Below are positions 50,904 to 60,004 of a stretch of DNA of 64,000 bases, piece after piece (position 1 is the first letter of the stretch; each line of letters starts with the position of its first letter). The notes below the pieces were generated by a model, which was given only the letters and a program-made list of their open reading frames with translations, made no database searches and was not told the DNA's origin. The stretch comes from an uncultured Alphaproteobacteria bacterium (GTDB taxonomy: Bacteria > Pseudomonadota > Alphaproteobacteria > HIMB59 > GCA-002718135): contig CACLJX010000001.1 of NCBI GenBank assembly GCA_902607435.1, positions 151,289-215,288 on the forward strand. The letters are read 5' to 3'. A program made the translations under genes and the position numbers.

Positions 50904-52756
50904 TGGGTAAAATTAAAACAGTTTTAGAAGATTGCGATATTCTTGTTGTCGGTGGTGGCATGGCAGGTACTGGCGCTGCATTTGAAGCTAGATACTGGGG
51001 ACGTGATATGAAGATTATTTGTGTTGAAAAAGCCAACATTGATCGCAGTGGTGCAGTGGCCCAAGGTCTATACGCGATTAATTGCTATATGGGTATGCAG
51101 TGGGATGAGAATCAGCCAGAGGATCACGTGCGGTATGCACGTAACGACTTAATGGGTTTGGTGCGTGAAGACCTTGGTTATGATATGGCCCGTCATGTTG
51201 ATTCCACAGTGCATATGTTCGACGAATGGGGCCTTCCTATGATGCGTAATAAAGAAACAGGACGTTACCTGCGTGAAGGTAAATGGCAGATAATGATTCA
51301 TGGTGAAAGCTACAAACCAATTGTTGCAGAAGCCGCTAAAAAGTCTGCTGACAAAATTTATAATCGAATTATGGTGACTCACCTTTTGATGGACGAAGGC
51401 AAAGAAAATCGAGTCGGAGGTGCTGTAGGCTTTAATATGCGTACTGGCAACTACCATGTCTTTCGTGCCAAAGCTGTTATTGTATCTGCTGGCGGTGCCT
51501 CGCATATTTTTAAGCCTCGATCTGTAGGTGAAGGTATGGGGCGCACTTGGTATGCACCTTGGAGCAATGGTTCAGCTTATGCATTGCCGATTGCTGTTGG
51601 CGCTAAAATGACTCAAATGGAGAATCGCATCGTTCTTACAAGATTTAAGGATGGTTATGGTCCAGTTGGTGCGTACTTTCTTCATCTTAAGACTTACACC
51701 CAAAATGGTAATGGAGAAAATTACGAAAAAAAATGGTATGAACACACCAAAAAACTAGTAGGAGAATATATTGATCATACGCCAGTCCCAACATGTTTGC
51801 GTAACCACGCTTTAATTGAGGAGGTTAAAGCTGGCGGAGGTCCGATTCATATGGTTACAACGGAGGCTTTTCAAGACCCTCACTTAGAAGAAGTGGGATG
51901 GGAGAACTTCCTTGGTATGACTATTGGACAGGCAGTTGTTTGGGCATCTCAAAACATTGATCCAAAATATATGAATCCTGAGCTTACTACATCTGAACCA
52001 TATGTCATGGGTTCCCACGCCACTTGTTCAGGTGCTTGGGTAAGTGGTCCTGAGGATCTTTCACCACCTGAATATTTTTGGGGTTATAATCGAATGCTAA
52101 CCGTTGATGGACTTTTTGGAGCGGGAGATACAGTTGGCGGTAGTGCTCACAAATTCTCTTCAGGTTCATTTACAGAAGGTCGTCTTGCCGCAAAAGCTGC
52201 AGTTAAATATATACAAGATCTGGGAGATGAAAATATTAAGGTAAGTAACAAGCAGTGCGAAGATTTTAAGGAGATTATATACAAACCTTTGGAGAACTAC
52301 ACTGTGGGTCGCAACGAGATCACCGCGGGAACAGTTTCACCAAGTTATCTATTGCCTATTCAAGGTCTTCAACGTCTTCAGAAGATTATGGACGAATATG
52401 TTGGTGGTGTCGGTACAAACTATATGACAAACGAGAATTTGCTAAAAAAAGGGATAGAGTTATTAGGTATGCTGCAAGAAGATCTTGAACATATTGGAGC
52501 TGAAGATTATCATCAGCTTATGCGTGCATGGGAGTTAAAGCATCGCGCAATTACTTCAGAGTGCGTGGCACAACATACTCTTTTCCGTGAGGAGACGCGC
52601 TGGCCGGGTTACTACTATCGGGGTGACCATATGAAATTGGATGATGATAATTGGCATTGCCTAACCTTATCTCGTCGTGATCCTAAAACTGGTGAATTTA
52701 CTATGGAAAAAGCACCGCTTTATCACATTGTAGATGATAATAAAGATAGCAAATAA
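50903..52756 (+). CDS. aprA: Adenylylsulfate (APS) reductase alpha subunit
   Basis: 617 aa. GTG start sharing 1 nt with the aprB stop. FAD fold DILVVGGGMAGTGAAFEA and AprA-type blocks (VEKANIDRSGAVAQGL, GAGDTVGGSAHKFSSGSFTEGR). Confidence 0.93.
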   Translation: MGKIKTVLEDCDILVVGGGMAGTGAAFEARYWGRDMKIICVEKANIDRSGAVAQGLYAINCYMGMQWDENQPEDHVRYARNDLMGLVREDLGYDMARHVDSTVHMFDEWGLPMMRNKETGRYLREGKWQIMIHGESYKPIVAEAAKKSADKIYNRIMVTHLLMDEGKENRVGGAVGFNMRTGNYHVFRAKAVIVSAGGASHIFKPRSVGEGMGRTWYAPWSNGSAYALPIAVGAKMTQMENRIVLTRFKDGYGPVGAYFLHLKTYTQNGNGENYEKKWYEHTKKLVGEYIDHTPVPTCLRNHALIEEVKAGGGPIHMVTTEAFQDPHLEEVGWENFLGMTIGQAVVWASQNIDPKYMNPELTTSEPYVMGSHATCSGAWVSGPEDLSPPEYFWGYNRMLTVDGLFGAGDTVGGSAHKFSSGSFTEGRLAAKAAVKYIQDLGDENIKVSNKQCEDFKEIIYKPLENYTVGRNEITAGTVSPSYLLPIQGLQRLQKIMDEYVGGVGTNYMTNENLLKKGIELLGMLQEDLEHIGAEDYHQLMRAWELKHRAITSECVAQHTLFREETRWPGYYYRGDHMKLDDDNWHCLTLSRRDPKTGEFTMEKAPLYHIVDDNKDSK

Positions 52757-52786
52757 AATTTTATTAATATTTATTGAGTAAAATAA

Positions 52787-53137
52787 ATGAATCTTGTTGA
52801 AAAAACAGATGAAGAAATATTAGAGATTGCCAATCCTTTATGGGATGATCTTGTTAAATGTTCTAACAACAAGGATTATAGTGGTTTTACAAAGCATTTT
52901 TCAGCTAAAATGCTTTTTGGTGCAAACGAAGTAGAAATAGGCAAACAGTGGGCAAATAATAAATTACTAACAAGCTTATCAAAACAAAGAGAGTGTTTTG
53001 GTTTTTTAAGGCGGAACAATTATGTAACTGTTCTTTTTAAACAGACTAGCGATAAAGTACCAGGAGATTTTTTAGGCCGTTTAGTACTTGGCATTGAAGA
53101 TGATAACATTAAAATTTTTGGCGCAACAATATTCTAA
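52787..53137 (+). CDS. Hypothetical protein downstream of aprA
   Basis: 116 aa, soluble, no motif recognised. Co-oriented, 30 nt after aprA. Its stop overlaps the stop of the convergent TauE gene. Confidence 0.5.
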   Translation: MNLVEKTDEEILEIANPLWDDLVKCSNNKDYSGFTKHFSAKMLFGANEVEIGKQWANNKLLTSLSKQRECFGFLRRNNYVTVLFKQTSDKVPGDFLGRLVLGIEDDNIKIFGATIF

Positions 53138-54054
53138 CGATTCATTAATTGAAAAGAAAATAACTCAGATGGATTTAAAGTAAGATCTGTTAAAAGTTTT
53201 ACACATACTGTTAAAACTATAATAGCTAAAAATCCTCTTAAATATTCTGATTTAAGTTTTGTTCCAATACGAGCTCCAATTTGAGCACCTATTACACCTC
53301 CAATTATCATCAAAGCAGCAAGAACAATATCAACTGTTTGATTCAGATAAGATTGAAAAAAGGTTGAATTTGCTGTTACAAAAATTATTTGGAATAAAGA
53401 TGTTCCTACAACTACATTTGTTGACATACCCAAAAGATAAACCATTGCTGGTATCATTATAAAACCCCCACCGACTCCCATCATTGCAGAAAGTATTCCA
53501 ACAAAAAATCCAATAATAATAGGAGGTATCGTGCTTATGTAGAGTTTTGATCTGTGAAATCTCATTTTAAAAGGTAGTCCGTGTATCCAGGAATGTTGGT
53601 GAAGTTTTGTTCTTATTATTGAAGTTGTTCTATACTTCCGAATAGTTGTTCTTGCACTTTCAAAAGCCATAGATAAACCAATAGTACTTAAGAAAATGAT
53701 AAACAGCATTTGAATTACTATATCTATTTGACCAAAGCCTTTTAAAATTTTAAAAATATTAACCCCAACTGTTGAACCCATAACACCGCCAATTAAAAGG
53801 AAAAATCCCATTTTGAAATCAACATTCTTATTTCGCCAATGCGCAATCACTCCTGAAACAGAAGATGCCAAAACATGAGGCGCCTCAGTACCGACAGCTA
53901 CTGCTGGGGGTATACCTAAAAAAATCAACAGAGGTGTCATTAAAAAACCTCCTCCAACTCCAAATAAACCGGAAAGACCCCCAACCATCATACCAATAAA
54001 TATTATTATTAGTATATTAACATTCATTTCAGCAATAGGGAGATAGATAGTCAT
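53134..54054 (-). CDS. TauE/SafE (DUF81) family sulfite/anion exporter
   Basis: 306 aa. Two internally repeated 4-TM halves with glycine-rich helices (GGLSGLFGVGGGFLMTPLL and LSAMMGVGGGFIMIPAM) typical of TauE/SafE. Confidence 0.85.
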   Translation of the reverse strand: MTIYLPIAEMNVNILIIIFIGMMVGGLSGLFGVGGGFLMTPLLIFLGIPPAVAVGTEAPHVLASSVSGVIAHWRNKNVDFKMGFFLLIGGVMGSTVGVNIFKILKGFGQIDIVIQMLFIIFLSTIGLSMAFESARTTIRKYRTTSIIRTKLHQHSWIHGLPFKMRFHRSKLYISTIPPIIIGFFVGILSAMMGVGGGFIMIPAMVYLLGMSTNVVVGTSLFQIIFVTANSTFFQSYLNQTVDIVLAALMIIGGVIGAQIGARIGTKLKSEYLRGFLAIIVLTVCVKLLTDLTLNPSELFSFQLMNR

Positions 54055-54107
54055 ATTATTAGATCAGTATTATAAACATAAAAATTAATATAAACCATTA
54101 GCATTTA

Positions 54108-54752
54108 TTAAATTTTCGTTTTTAATTTCGTAATAAATTTTTCTTCAATTTCTTTTGCTCTTATTAAGTCTTTTTCATAATTAATATTAAAAAATGGATC
54201 ATAATTTTCTTCAAAAAATTCTTCAAAATCTAATTCATGATTTTTTGCCCAAACAATAATTTTTCTTTCACCACTAAGCAAATTAGATTCTAAACTTTCT
54301 AATAATTTTATATTCCATATCCCAATTACTGGATGAATATTGTTATTTGATTTTGCAATAACGATTTGCTTTTTATTTAATTTTGCTTTTAAATAAAGTT
54401 TATCTACTAAATTATTTGGTATAAATGGGGTGTCACCAGGAACACTTATTAACCAATTAACTTTAGACATATTTGTATTAATCCAATTTAATGAAGCATG
54501 TATTCCAGCTAGAGGCCCTAGATGACCTCTAATTTTATCATTAATAATTGCTCGATTATATTTTTTAAAATATTTTTCTTTAGTGTTAGTGTTAATAATA
54601 ATATTTTTTATTTGATTATTTAATATTGTATAAATACGATCAAAAATCATTTTATTGTTAAATTTTTTAAATGATTTTATTCCACCACCCATACGTGAAG
54701 ATTTTCCCCCTGTCATAATTACAGCACATACCTCTTCTATTTTTTTTTGCAT
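54108..54752 (-). CDS. mobA: Molybdenum cofactor guanylyltransferase
   Basis: 214 aa. N-terminal AVIMTGGKSSRMGG and GPLAGIH blocks. Confidence 0.85.
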   Translation of the reverse strand: MQKKIEEVCAVIMTGGKSSRMGGGIKSFKKFNNKMIFDRIYTILNNQIKNIIINTNTKEKYFKKYNRAIINDKIRGHLGPLAGIHASLNWINTNMSKVNWLISVPGDTPFIPNNLVDKLYLKAKLNKKQIVIAKSNNNIHPVIGIWNIKLLESLESNLLSGERKIIVWAKNHELDFEEFFEENYDPFFNINYEKDLIRAKEIEEKFITKLKTKI

Positions 54753-54755
54753 TAG

Positions 54756-55574
54756 CTAATGAATAATTCTGTTTGTACCAGAAAGTACAGTATATCTTTT
54801 ACCTTTTGCTCTTCCTATTAAGGTGAGATTGGTTTTTTTAGCTAATTCCACTCCCCAAGAAGTAAAACCAGATCGTGAAATTAAAATAGCTATTCCCATT
54901 TTAACAGTTTTAATTACCATTTCACTTGTAAGTCTTCCGGTGGTATAAAAAATTTTGTCATTAGATTTAATTTTGTTCATAAACATAAAGCCCGCAATTT
55001 TATCAACAGCATTGTGTCTACCAACATCCTCCATATAAACAATAGGATTGTTATTTTTACAAAGAACACATCCATGAATAGCTCCAGCTTCAAGATAAAG
55101 ACTTGGAGTTAAATTGATTTTTTTTGATAATTCATAAATCCATTGATGTTTTATTTTTACTTTTGAAGTTAATTTTGTTTTTGCAATTTCTTCATAAATA
55201 TCTCCAAAGATTGTACCCTGGGCACATCCACTCGTAGTAATCTTTTTTTTCAATTTTTTTTCAAAATTTGTTTGACGTTTTGTTCTTATAATCAATGTTT
55301 CGATATCTTTTTCATAGATAATGCTTTTTAGCTTGTCATTTGTTTTAAGCATATTTTGATTTAGTAAATACCCTATACCTAAATATTCAGGATGATCTCC
55401 AATTGACATTAAGGTAACAATTTCTTGATTATTTAGATATATAGTTAAAGGTTTTTCATGAATTACCTTTGTAGTTATTATTTGCTTTTTTTCATCAAAT
55501 CCCTTGATTGTTTTGGTAAGTTCTGAATTATTAATATCTGGTTTGATTAAATATTTATTTCTCTTCATAGTCAT
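54756..55574 (-). CDS. fdhD: Formate dehydrogenase accessory sulfurtransferase FdhD
   Basis: 272 aa. SGCAQGTIFG and EDVGRHNAVDK blocks typical of FdhD. Confidence 0.9.
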   Translation of the reverse strand: MTMKRNKYLIKPDINNSELTKTIKGFDEKKQIITTKVIHEKPLTIYLNNQEIVTLMSIGDHPEYLGIGYLLNQNMLKTNDKLKSIIYEKDIETLIIRTKRQTNFEKKLKKKITTSGCAQGTIFGDIYEEIAKTKLTSKVKIKHQWIYELSKKINLTPSLYLEAGAIHGCVLCKNNNPIVYMEDVGRHNAVDKIAGFMFMNKIKSNDKIFYTTGRLTSEMVIKTVKMGIAILISRSGFTSWGVELAKKTNLTLIGRAKGKRYTVLSGTNRIIH

Positions 55575-55610
55575 AAAAATGTTACATCTAATTCTTAAAA
55601 ATTAATAATA

Positions 55611-56300
55611 ATGAACTTTTTTGATATTACCTTAAATTCTTTAAAATTAATTTGTGGTTTTGATCCTACTTTATACAATATTATTTTTTTATCATTAAAA
55701 GTAAGTTTTTCAGCATTAATCATCTCTTCTAGCATAGCTTTGATTATAGGTTATATTTTAGCATTAAATAATTTTTATTTTAAAAACTCAATTATAGTGA
55801 TTCTCAATGCATTAATGGGCATACCTCCTGTAGTAGTAGGTTTGATTGTCTATTTTTTGCTAGCAGCTCAAGGGCCACTTGGAATTTTACAATTTTTATA
55901 TACCCCTTATGCAATGATTTTAGCTCAATGTATCATAATTTTTCCAATAGTTTGTTCACTATCCTATGAGGTTTTTTTTCATAGTTGGAAACAATTCAAA
56001 GATCATTTTCGCGCATTTAATATTCCTCATATTGGTATTTTAATGATTATTTTTCGCCATAGTTATTTTATTATTTTAACTATTCTCATGTCTGCGTTTG
56101 GCAGAGCTATATCAGAAGTTGGAGCGGTAATGGTTGTCGGTGGTAACATTGAACATTATACTAGAGTAATGACAACTGCTATCACGCTTCAAACAAGAAT
56201 GGGAAATTTGGATTATGCAATGGCACTAGGTATCATTTTGATACTTCTAACAGTATTACTTAACGCTCTTGTTTATATAATTAACTTAAAAAAGAGATAA
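55611..56300 (+). CDS. ABC transporter permease, tungstate/molybdate (TupB-like) type
   Basis: 229 aa, about 5-6 TM helices. EAA-loop-like GRAISEVGAVMVVGGNI as I remember for TupB-type permeases. No cognate binding-protein or ATPase gene is adjacent. Confidence 0.7.
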   Translation: MNFFDITLNSLKLICGFDPTLYNIIFLSLKVSFSALIISSSIALIIGYILALNNFYFKNSIIVILNALMGIPPVVVGLIVYFLLAAQGPLGILQFLYTPYAMILAQCIIIFPIVCSLSYEVFFHSWKQFKDHFRAFNIPHIGILMIIFRHSYFIILTILMSAFGRAISEVGAVMVVGGNIEHYTRVMTTAITLQTRMGNLDYAMALGIILILLTVLLNALVYIINLKKR

Positions 56301-56303
56301 GAT

Positions 56304-56792
56304 ATGTTAATTTGTGGAATAGTTGGATGGAAAAATTCTGGTAAGACTTATTTTGTACAAAAACTTATTAACTATTTTAATTCAAAAAATTTAAAAGTTG
56401 CTTCTATAAAACATGCACACCACGAGTTTAATATTGATAAACCTGGAACAGATAGTTATTTACATAGGCAAGCCGGATCACAAGAGGTTATAGTTAGTTC
56501 ATCAAAGCGATGGGTGAAAATAAATGAATTGAGAAATACCGAAGAAAAAAATTTAAACGATCTACTATTAGAATTAGATTCTCCAGATATTGTTATTGTT
56601 GAAGGTTTTAAAAATGAATCACATCCGAAAATAGAGATTGTTAAAGAAGATTCAAATGATTATTTATTTTACAAAGTAAATAACGTTATTGGCATTGTTA
56701 GCGACCAAAAAATTGATACATTGCTTCCACAATTTAAAAAAAAAGACATAGAAAAAATAGCGGAGCATATTCTAAATAAATCTCAACAATGA
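56304..56792 (+). CDS. mobB: Molybdopterin-guanine dinucleotide biosynthesis adaptor MobB
   Basis: 162 aa. P-loop GIVGWKNSGKT, IKHAHHEF and VEGFK blocks. Confidence 0.88.
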   Translation: MLICGIVGWKNSGKTYFVQKLINYFNSKNLKVASIKHAHHEFNIDKPGTDSYLHRQAGSQEVIVSSSKRWVKINELRNTEEKNLNDLLLELDSPDIVIVEGFKNESHPKIEIVKEDSNDYLFYKVNNVIGIVSDQKIDTLLPQFKKKDIEKIAEHILNKSQQ

Positions 56793-58009
56793 ATAAAAAG
56801 CCTATTAAAAAAAAAGAAATATTCAATATTCTAAAAGATATTAAAATACAAAATTTAGAATCCGAAACTATTGACATTATTGATTCTGAAGAAAGATTTT
56901 TAAACAAAGATATACAAAGTTCAATAAATCTACCTCCTTTTAAAAATTCAGCCGTAGATGGTTATGCAATACTTGATAATGATATTGAAAATCAGCAAGA
57001 ATTAACAATAAAACACCGAATAGTTGCTGGTGATAGTCATCAGATTGAATTATTGAATGGTGAAGTAGCTCGTATATTTACTGGAGCTAGAATGCCAATA
57101 AATAGCGGAACTGTTATTATGCAAGAAAATGTTATTTGCAATAATGATAAAATTAAAATTAATAAAAAACCTTTTTTAGGCGAGAACTGTCGATTAGTCG
57201 GAGAAGACATTGCAAAAAATCAAATAATTTTAAAAGTTGGTGAAAAAATAACTACTAAAAATATTAGTTTATTAGCTGCAATTGGAAAAAGCTCAATTGA
57301 AGTAAAAGAAAAAATATCTTTGGGTTATTTTACAAGTGGCAATGAATTATTGAATCCGTCCGAAAACTTAATCGGATCACAAATCAATAATTCAAATAAG
57401 TATGCTCTTCATTCTTTATTAAATAGAAAATATATTGATGCTAAGTATTTGGGAGTTTTAAAAGATTCAAATAAAATTGTTGTTGATTCATTATTAAAAA
57501 ATCTTGATCAAAATTCTGTTATTATAACAACCGGTGGAGCATCTGTAGGGGACGAAGATTACTTAGTTGAAGCAATAAAATCTAATGGAGATTTATTTTT
57601 TTGGCAAACAGCTATTAAACCAGGCAGACCTTTAGCAATAGGAAAAATTGATAGGACAATTATTATATGTTTACCAGGTAATCCAGTTTCTGTTTATTTA
57701 TTATTTGGTATGATTATTAAACCTTTTTTAGAGTTTTTATGTGGTTCAAAAATGACAAATCCTAACAATTATATTGCTAGAGCAAATTTTTCGATGAAAA
57801 AGAAAACCAATAGACTAGAATGGTTAAGAGTTATTATTGATAAAAATATAGATTCAGAAATTTATGTTAATAAGTATTTAAAACAAGGCTCGGGTATAAT
57901 TAGTTCAATTTCATTTTCAGATGGAATTATTGAGATTCCAGAACAAGTAAGCAAAATTAATGTTGGTGATAAATTTGATCTTTATCTATTTAGTGAATTA
58001 TTTAGTTAA
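56789..58009 (+). CDS. moeA: Molybdopterin molybdenumtransferase MoeA
   Basis: 406 aa. PPFKNSAVDGYA, TGARMP, ITTGGASVGDEDY and IKPGRPL blocks. Confidence 0.92.
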   Translation: MNKKPIKKKEIFNILKDIKIQNLESETIDIIDSEERFLNKDIQSSINLPPFKNSAVDGYAILDNDIENQQELTIKHRIVAGDSHQIELLNGEVARIFTGARMPINSGTVIMQENVICNNDKIKINKKPFLGENCRLVGEDIAKNQIILKVGEKITTKNISLLAAIGKSSIEVKEKISLGYFTSGNELLNPSENLIGSQINNSNKYALHSLLNRKYIDAKYLGVLKDSNKIVVDSLLKNLDQNSVIITTGGASVGDEDYLVEAIKSNGDLFFWQTAIKPGRPLAIGKIDRTIIICLPGNPVSVYLLFGMIIKPFLEFLCGSKMTNPNNYIARANFSMKKKTNRLEWLRVIIDKNIDSEIYVNKYLKQGSGIISSISFSDGIIEIPEQVSKINVGDKFDLYLFSELFS

Positions 58010-58257
58010 TTTTTTGAAAAAAATTTATATTTAATAATATATTTCCCTTTAATTTTTTGACAACCTAGATACTTAAATCTTGATTGTTCACAGTAATGTT
58101 TAAAATCAATTTCAGCTAAGGGATCAGTTGTTAAAACTTTTACAATATCTCCATGTTTCAAAGTTTGTGATAATTTTCTTGCCTTAAGCACAGGTATTGG
58201 GCATTCAGAACCACTAGTATCTAGTTCAATTTCATTATTTTCAACTGTATCTTCCAT
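58006..58257 (-). CDS. TusA/SirA-family sulfur carrier protein
   Basis: 83 aa. Active-site CPIPVLKARK motif (CPxP) of the TusA family. Confidence 0.85.
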   Translation of the reverse strand: MEDTVENNEIELDTSGSECPIPVLKARKLSQTLKHGDIVKVLTTDPLAEIDFKHYCEQSRFKYLGCQKIKGKYIIKYKFFSKN

Positions 58258-58297
58258 ATGTATATGATAACAATATATTCAAAATAAAATTAAATAA

Positions 58298-60004
58298 ATG
58301 AATAATTTTTTTTCTCAAAATAAAGGCGCCTTAATTAAAAAGAAGAGACGGTGGAAACCTAAGGGACGGCAAGTTGATGATAGCTCATATAAAGAGATTA
58401 CTTCATTGCTTGCTGGTATTGCAATTGTGCGCGATGAACTTATCGAGTATCTTCATTTAATTCAAGATAATTTCGGTTGTCTATATGATAAACATCTTAC
58501 AGCATTAGCTGAGTTAATGAAAATACCTTTAGCTGAAGTTTATGAAGTAGCAACATTTTACGCTCATTTTAATGTTGTCAAAGATTCTAATCTTAAAGCT
58601 TCAGAAGTGACTATTAGAGTTTGTGAAAGTCTTACTTGTGAAATGTTTGGTTCACAAGAGATTTTAAAAAGTTTATCTTCTATCAACAATGATTCATTTA
58701 ACATTGTTCCAGGCCCTTGCATGGGTCGTTGTCAGCATGCTCCAACTGTTAGTGTAGGAAAAAACTATGTTGATAATGCAAATGTAGATAAAGTTTTAAA
58801 AATAGTTGAAAAAAAAGAGTATCAGCCTGTAATTACAAATTATATTGATTTAAATAATTACGAATCTGAAGGCGGATATTCAGTTCTAAAGAAGTTTATT
58901 AATAAACAAATATCATTAGATGAAATAAAAAGTATTGTAGAAAAAAGTAATTTAAAAGGTAAGGGAGGAGCTGGTTTTCCAACTTTTAAAAAATGGGAAT
59001 TTGTACTTGCAAACCCAGAACCAAGATATTTAACAATTAATGCTGATGAAGGAGAGGTAGGTACATTTAAAGATCGTTATTACCTAGAAAAAGATCCTCA
59101 TCGTTTTTTAGAAGGAGTTTTAATTAGTGCTAAAATTGTTAATGCAAAAAAAGCATATATTTATTTACGAGATGAATATCCATTAGCTTTAGAAATTTTG
59201 AAAAAAGAAATCAAAAAATTAATTGAAAATAATATCGTTGAAAAAAATTATATTATAATTCGTCGTGGTGCTGGAGCATATATATGTGGAGAAGAATCAG
59301 CGATGATTGAAAGTATTGAGGGCAAAAGAGGGTTGCCAAGGAACAGGCCCCCATATGTCGCTCAAGTAGGTTTGTTTGGTAAGCCAACGCTAGTTAACAA
59401 TGTAGAGACAGTTTATTGGTTGAGAGATATTATTGAAAAAGGGGCTTCATGGTACGCTAATAAAGGTACTAACGATAGAAAAGGTTTCCACAGTTTTTCT
59501 GTATCCGGAAGAGTTAAAAATCCAGGAGTCAAAATAGCACCAGCAGGTATAACAGTTCAAGAATTAATTGATGATTATTCTGGCGGCATGTTGGATGGGC
59601 ATACATTTAAAGCTTATTTACCAGGCGGTGCTTCAGGAGGCATTCTGCCAGCTTCGTTAAATAATATACCACTTGATTATGGTGTAAAAGAACTTGAAGA
59701 TGAAGGTTGTTTTTTAGGCTCAGCAGCAATTGTGATATTATCTGATCAAGATAAAATGAAAGATGTTGGTCTAAGTTTATTACGGTTTTTTGAAGAAGAA
59801 AGTTGTGGACAATGTACACCTTGTCGTGTTGGAACTGAAAAGACAGTAAAGGAAATGAAAAAAGAAAAATGGAGTAAATCAACTTTAACAGATTTATCTA
59901 TTGTAATGTCTGATGCATCAATTTGTGGATTAGGACAAGCTGCGTGTAATCCACTTAATTCTATTATTAAATATTTTCCAGAAGAGTTTCAATTAAATGA
60001 CTAA
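58298..60004 (+). CDS. NAD-dependent formate dehydrogenase diaphorase subunit, fused FdsG(NuoE-like)-FdsB(NuoF-like)
   Basis: 568 aa. The N-terminal about 170 aa is a NuoE-type 2Fe-2S domain (CESLTC...CMGRCQHAP). The remainder is NuoF-like (GKGGAGFPTFKKW, GAGAYICGEESA, ESCGQCTPCRVG). Confidence 0.9.
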   Translation: MNNFFSQNKGALIKKKRRWKPKGRQVDDSSYKEITSLLAGIAIVRDELIEYLHLIQDNFGCLYDKHLTALAELMKIPLAEVYEVATFYAHFNVVKDSNLKASEVTIRVCESLTCEMFGSQEILKSLSSINNDSFNIVPGPCMGRCQHAPTVSVGKNYVDNANVDKVLKIVEKKEYQPVITNYIDLNNYESEGGYSVLKKFINKQISLDEIKSIVEKSNLKGKGGAGFPTFKKWEFVLANPEPRYLTINADEGEVGTFKDRYYLEKDPHRFLEGVLISAKIVNAKKAYIYLRDEYPLALEILKKEIKKLIENNIVEKNYIIIRRGAGAYICGEESAMIESIEGKRGLPRNRPPYVAQVGLFGKPTLVNNVETVYWLRDIIEKGASWYANKGTNDRKGFHSFSVSGRVKNPGVKIAPAGITVQELIDDYSGGMLDGHTFKAYLPGGASGGILPASLNNIPLDYGVKELEDEGCFLGSAAIVILSDQDKMKDVGLSLLRFFEEESCGQCTPCRVGTEKTVKEMKKEKWSKSTLTDLSIVMSDASICGLGQAACNPLNSIIKYFPEEFQLND

